64,000 bases of DNA from Spirochaetota bacterium (GTDB lineage: Bacteria > Spirochaetota > UBA12135 > COTS27 > CBDBHE01). Positions 59,591 through 64,000 of this stretch are shown here, one piece after another; positions within the stretch are counted from its first letter, which is position 1, and every line of letters starts with the position of its first letter. The translations under genes and the position numbers were made by a program. The notes under the pieces were generated by a model. That model was not told where the DNA came from, made no database searches, and saw nothing but the letters and a program-made list of their open reading frames with translations. The stretch lies in the NCBI GenBank assembly GCA_965205605.1, contig CBDBHE010000007.1, forward strand, positions 678,917 to 742,916. The letters are read 5' to 3'.

Positions 59591-61027
59591 TTAGTTTGAA
59601 TTTGTTTTGTTTAAAAACTGTAGAATTTCTTTTTGATTTCTAGGGTTGACATAAATACTTTTTAGATTAATTTCTTTATCTTCAAAAAAATTAAAGAAAG
59701 GGGAAAGATTTTTTAAAGAAATAATTTCATAAGTTTTTTTTAGGGGAGATTTTTTTAAGATAGTAATTTTTTTATTTTGCTTCTTTTTTGATTTAATAAA
59801 AGGTTTTTTTTTAAAATCTTTTTCATTTTCATAAAAAAAACATTCTTTTCTATAAGGACTTTTCAAGAGTTTTTTTTTAATAAGGAGGTATTCTTTTTCT
59901 TTTTTTTGATTCATAAAAGAGTTAGAAAAAATAATTTTCCATGGTTCTCTTTTATAAAAAAGTTGTTTTAGGAGTTTTTTTCCCCACTGTTGATGAGGCT
60001 CAAAGAGATGGTTTTCAATGATTTTGGCAAAAGAAGTATCATGAAAAGATAAGAAATCTTTGATAGTAAGGGGGTACTCTAAAGAAATTGTTTGTAGCAA
60101 TTGAATCATCATTGATTCAAAAGCGAGATTAGTTTTATGGGTATAGATTTGTAAGTACATATGATAACGACAAAGAAGGTAGTGTTCTAAGGCGTAAACG
60201 CCATTTTCTTTAAAAGCAATTGTTGGGTAAGGTTGAGAATCTTCTTTTATGATGCAAATACTTTCTAAGATCCTTTTTAAATCAAAAGAGCCATAACGTA
60301 CCCCTGTAAAATAAGCATCCCTTAACAAATAATCCATCCGATCACAATCTGCTTGACTAGAGATAAAGCTATTTAAAATCAATTGCGCTTCTTTGTTTAA
60401 AAAAGATTTTTTTGGCAGAGAAAAATCACAATCAAGCAGACATAAAATTTCTTGTAAAAAGTCTTCTTTGATAGGTAATTCTTTTGAAAAGAGTTCATAA
60501 ATAAGTAAATATCCAATCATTTCGTGAGTTATTTTTACTTTATTTTGATTTTTTTTTTCAAAAAAGTGAATCAACCAGGGAATTTTTTGAGGAATTTTTT
60601 TTATCATTTGTTTAAAATTGATTTGATCGCATAAGACTTCAGAAGCATGAGAGAAGGGCCCATGACCGATGTCATGAAGAAGGGCTGCGATTCTAAGAAG
60701 AAGTATTGTTTTTTCTTTTTGTAAAATAGGGATGAGAGTTTTTTTTATTAAAGAAAATTCTTTTAAAACAATTTTTTTTTGACTCATGATTTGAGACTGG
60801 TTTCTAAGAAGATGGTTTAAAAACTCACTTGCTAAGTGCATGGTGCCTATTGAATGTTCAAACCGGCTGTGGTTAGCACTTGGAAAAATATACTTTAAAA
60901 ATCCAAGTTGTTTTACTTCTCTTAACCTTTGAAAAAGAGGGTGATCAATAATTTTTTTTTCAAAATCAGTAAAATAAATATCTCCATAAATAGGATCTCG
61001 TATTTTACCAGTGAATTTTAATTGCAT
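59591..61027 (-). CDS. HD-domain dNTP triphosphohydrolase-like (SAMHD1/YwfO type)
   Basis: RDPIYG, FQRLREVKQLG, HSRFEHSIG, LLHDIGHGPFSH, DCDRMDYLLRD. Confidence 0.9.
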   Translation of the reverse strand: MQLKFTGKIRDPIYGDIYFTDFEKKIIDHPLFQRLREVKQLGFLKYIFPSANHSRFEHSIGTMHLASEFLNHLLRNQSQIMSQKKIVLKEFSLIKKTLIPILQKEKTILLLRIAALLHDIGHGPFSHASEVLCDQINFKQMIKKIPQKIPWLIHFFEKKNQNKVKITHEMIGYLLIYELFSKELPIKEDFLQEILCLLDCDFSLPKKSFLNKEAQLILNSFISSQADCDRMDYLLRDAYFTGVRYGSFDLKRILESICIIKEDSQPYPTIAFKENGVYALEHYLLCRYHMYLQIYTHKTNLAFESMMIQLLQTISLEYPLTIKDFLSFHDTSFAKIIENHLFEPHQQWGKKLLKQLFYKREPWKIIFSNSFMNQKKEKEYLLIKKKLLKSPYRKECFFYENEKDFKKKPFIKSKKKQNKKITILKKSPLKKTYEIISLKNLSPFFNFFEDKEINLKSIYVNPRNQKEILQFLNKTNSN

Positions 61028-61053
61028 TTAAACAATATAAAAAAAAATGAAAT

Positions 61054-62500
61054 TTAGTTATGAATTTTCTTAGCAGAATAAGTAAAAATACTATTTGAGA
61101 AACCCTTGTATTGAATCGCTTCTAATGATTTAAAAATAAAATTTTCCCTAAGATTTTGATTATTTAAAACTTCATTTCTTATTTTTTCAGTAACAATGAC
61201 TTCTTTTGCAGATGCCCCAGAACATAATCGAGAAGCTAGGTTCACATAGCTTCCTATGGCTGTATAATCTTTCAAATCATTGCCACCAATACTTCCCATA
61301 AAAACATTTCCTTTTGCAATCCCGACACCAACTTGTAATCTTTCTTTTGATTCATTTTTTTTTTGGTTGATTTTTTTTAACCACAGCTTGCATTTTCAGT
61401 AGCAGCTTGGATGGCTCTTTTCACTATTATTACTTCCTTCAAAAAGAGCAATAATCTCATCCCCTACATACTTATCGATACGTCCACCATATTTTTTTAA
61501 TGACACTTGATTGTGCTCCTAAATACAAGTTTAACATTGTAATCACTTCCTCTGGTTCTCTTAATTCGCTAAACTTAGTAAACCCTCTAATATCCGAAAA
61601 TAAAATAGCCAATTCTTTTTCTTCCCCTCTTTCATCGACTTCATGAGAAATCATTTTTTTAATCATATCCACCGTATCTTTAGAGATATACTTTTGTAAA
61701 TGAAACCTCTCTTTAAGAGACGTGTTCATTTTTTCAAAATCTTTTGCAAGATCTCCAATTTCATCTTTGTTTTTAATATGCAATTTTGTACTACTATAAT
61801 TTCCCTTAGTAATTTTTCGAGCTTCTTTTTGGATGATCTTGATAGGGTTTGTAAATTTATTCGCCATAAAAATGACAATAATAATACTGATAATAATAAG
61901 GACAAGGCTACCAAGAACAATGCTTACAGTGGTTTCTGTAACTTTTTTAGTGAATTTTTTCTACTTTATAATCGACTTCTAAAATACCGGTTACTTCTCC
62001 GGCTTGATTTTTAATAGGAGCCAAAACCAGAAATCCAATCCCCATGAGCATCTCGATAAACTTTAGTGTGAGTAGACTTGCCGTCTATAATGACTTTGTC
62101 AAAAATAGGTTGATTTTCTTTGGGGGGACTGTAATTATGGTTGATAAAAGAAGGCTCAATTAGCATCACTCCAAAAGTAAGTTTATGAGTTTTTGGGTGG
62201 ACTTGAAACGTATAGATGGTGTCCATTTTTAAATCATTGGCTTTTTGGATTTGGCTTAAATATTTTTTTATTTTTTTAAATTCTTTTTTTTGATCATCAT
62301 TGTTTTTTTTAATAACACGGTGTTCTTTTTCATCAATTTTTAATACCGCAGTACTGGCAATGTGCTTTAAAGTAGATCCTAAGTTTCGATTCGATTTGTA
62401 CATAAGCCATTCGCCCAAATCGAAAGGTTGTCAAAATAAGAATAAATAAAAGCAAGAAAGTGAATAAAAAAACTAATTTTAAAGTTATAGAAAGGCGCAT
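61054..62500 (-). pseudogene. Membrane adenylate/guanylate cyclase (sensor-HAMP-class III cyclase), broken by several frameshifts
   Basis: Start MRLSITLKLVFLF at 62500; fragments with HAMP (DEIGDLAKDF), LFSDIRGFT, DKYVGDEI, YTAIGSYVNLASRL; genuine pseudogene or sequencing indels. Confidence 0.75.
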
Positions 62501-62722
62501 AATAGGATGTTTTTTTAAAAAATTATAAAGTGATCATAAACATAATTTAATTATCTTTTAATATAACAATATTTGCTTAATATAACAATATGTTATTAAT
62601 TAATTTTTTTATTTAAAAATTAGATTTTTTTTAAAAAATAAAAAAGCTAAATTGCTTGATTTAAAAAAAAAAATGAAAATTAAAAAAATTCATTTTTTTT
62701 TGATATTTCCGTTTTTGAGGGT

Positions 62723-64000
62723 ATGGAAAAAGAATATGTTTATGAAAAAGAATATGTTGAACAAAAGCTTTTAGCTTATATTGGTAATAAAAGAAGATTA
62801 TTAAACCTCATACTCCAAGCGATTAAAGAAATTGAAAAACGAGAAAAAAGCGTTCATTCTCGTCAAAATAGAATTTTTATTGATTATTTTGCAGGGACAG
62901 GAGTCGTCTCTAGATTGGCAAAATCTTTGGGGTATCAAGTCATTTCTAATGATTGGGAAAGGTATTCGTATATTATTAATAAATCTTTTTTAGAAAATAG
63001 TGATGAAATTTTTTCTCTTTATCAAAAAAGAGGTGGATTTGAAAAAATTATAAAAGACTTAATCAGTTAAAGGATTTTTAAAAAAAAATCTGCTTATTTC
63101 TCTGTTTATTATTGTCCAAAGGATGATGAGCATGTTGATCTTGCAGCAGAGCGTCTTTTTTACACTAGGGCAAATGGTATTTTAATTGATAATATTAGAC
63201 AAACAATAGAAAATGATTTCCCTTTAGAAAAAAGTAAGGAAGTTGTTAAAAAAAAACTATTTTCTTTTTAAGTCTTCTCCTTTTAGAAGCTTCTAAAAGA
63301 TCAAATACTTCAGGTGTTTTTAAAGGATTTCATCAAGGATTTGGAGGGAAAAAAAAAGATGCTTTAAGTCGTATTTTAAGTGATATTTTTCTTTCGATAC
63401 CAAAAATGTCTGCTCAAAAAAATCGTTGTAAAGTGTTTCAAGCTAATGCCCTTAATTTAGCTAAAAAATTATCTTTTTTTGAAGCCGAAATTGTTTATTT
63501 AGATCCTCCTTATAATCAGCATCAATATGGTTCTAATTACCATTTACTTAATACAATCGCTTTAAATGACAAGCCTTTTGTGAATAAAAGCTTTTTTATT
63601 AATGGCAAGAAAAAAGATAAAAGTGCTATTAGAAAAGATTGGATTAAGACAAAATCAGGTTTTTTGCTATAAGAAAAGTGCTCGGGAAGAATTTGAGATT
63701 TTGGTGAAACGAATCTGTTCAAAATATATTTTAGTGAGTTATTCTACAGAAGGGATTATTCTTTTTGATGAGATGTTAGAGGTTCTAGCAAATAAAGGGA
63801 AAATAGGAATTGTTACCTCAAGTTATACGCGTTACCGAGGAGGACGTCAGTCCAATACAACAAAAGTTAGAAATATTGAATTTGTTTTAATTGTTGATAC
63901 TAAAGAAGTTTGTACTCAAGAAGACTTGGCTAATATAAAAGGAGTTATCATTAAAAAATTCGTTTTTGGAATATTGCTCAAGAAACTTTTCCTATTTACA
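62723..64000 (+). pseudogene. N6-adenine DNA methyltransferase (D12/Dam-like), multiply frameshifted, runs off window end
   Basis: YIGNKRRLL, DYFAGTGVVS, ERLFYT, NTSGVFKGFH, YLDPPYNQHQYGSNYH spread over different frames. Confidence 0.78.

Noticed and set aside
59591-61027. HD dNTPase plus cyclase plus methyltransferase as an anti-phage system
   Set aside because: The HD protein looks like the widespread housekeeping type and the cyclase is a membrane sensor-HAMP type; no effector or defence context is visible

Overview
Very AT-rich, homopolymer-laden bacterial chromosome segment, most likely from an uncultured Spirochaetota. The evidence is the GyrB LxLWGKMLNVEK motif, the flbD-motAB-fliL-fliM-fliN order and a spirochaete-like FliM. 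Most of the window is housekeeping: tatC, serB, uppP, trpS, serS, hflX, argC, sucCD, hemLCA, pgi, ndk, flagellar motor genes, gyrB, rsmD, recO, rnr, valS and four tRNAs. Five regions stand out. (1) A type II-C-like CRISPR-Cas9 locus (49.97-54.8 kb) with a divergent Cas9 of about 1057 aa split by an A15 frameshift. Its 36-bp repeats end in a perfect extended -10 box, and a short-anti-repeat tracrRNA lies only 20 nt downstream of the last repeat on the same strand, so the locus could make a natural single-guide RNA. (2) A DNA polymerase II homologue whose three polymerase motifs are destroyed while the exonuclease motifs and clamp-binding tail are kept. (3) A tandemly duplicated pair of lipoprotein genes built from variable 39-aa repeats, one of them inactivated by a 4-bp insertion. 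(4) A glycosyltransferase cluster with a GT-C/GT2 fusion. (5) A GH20 gene and a sulfatase remnant flanking the CRISPR locus. The last 3 kb contain two multiply frameshifted genes, which may reflect sequence errors. All homology calls come from motif recognition by eye, not from database searches.
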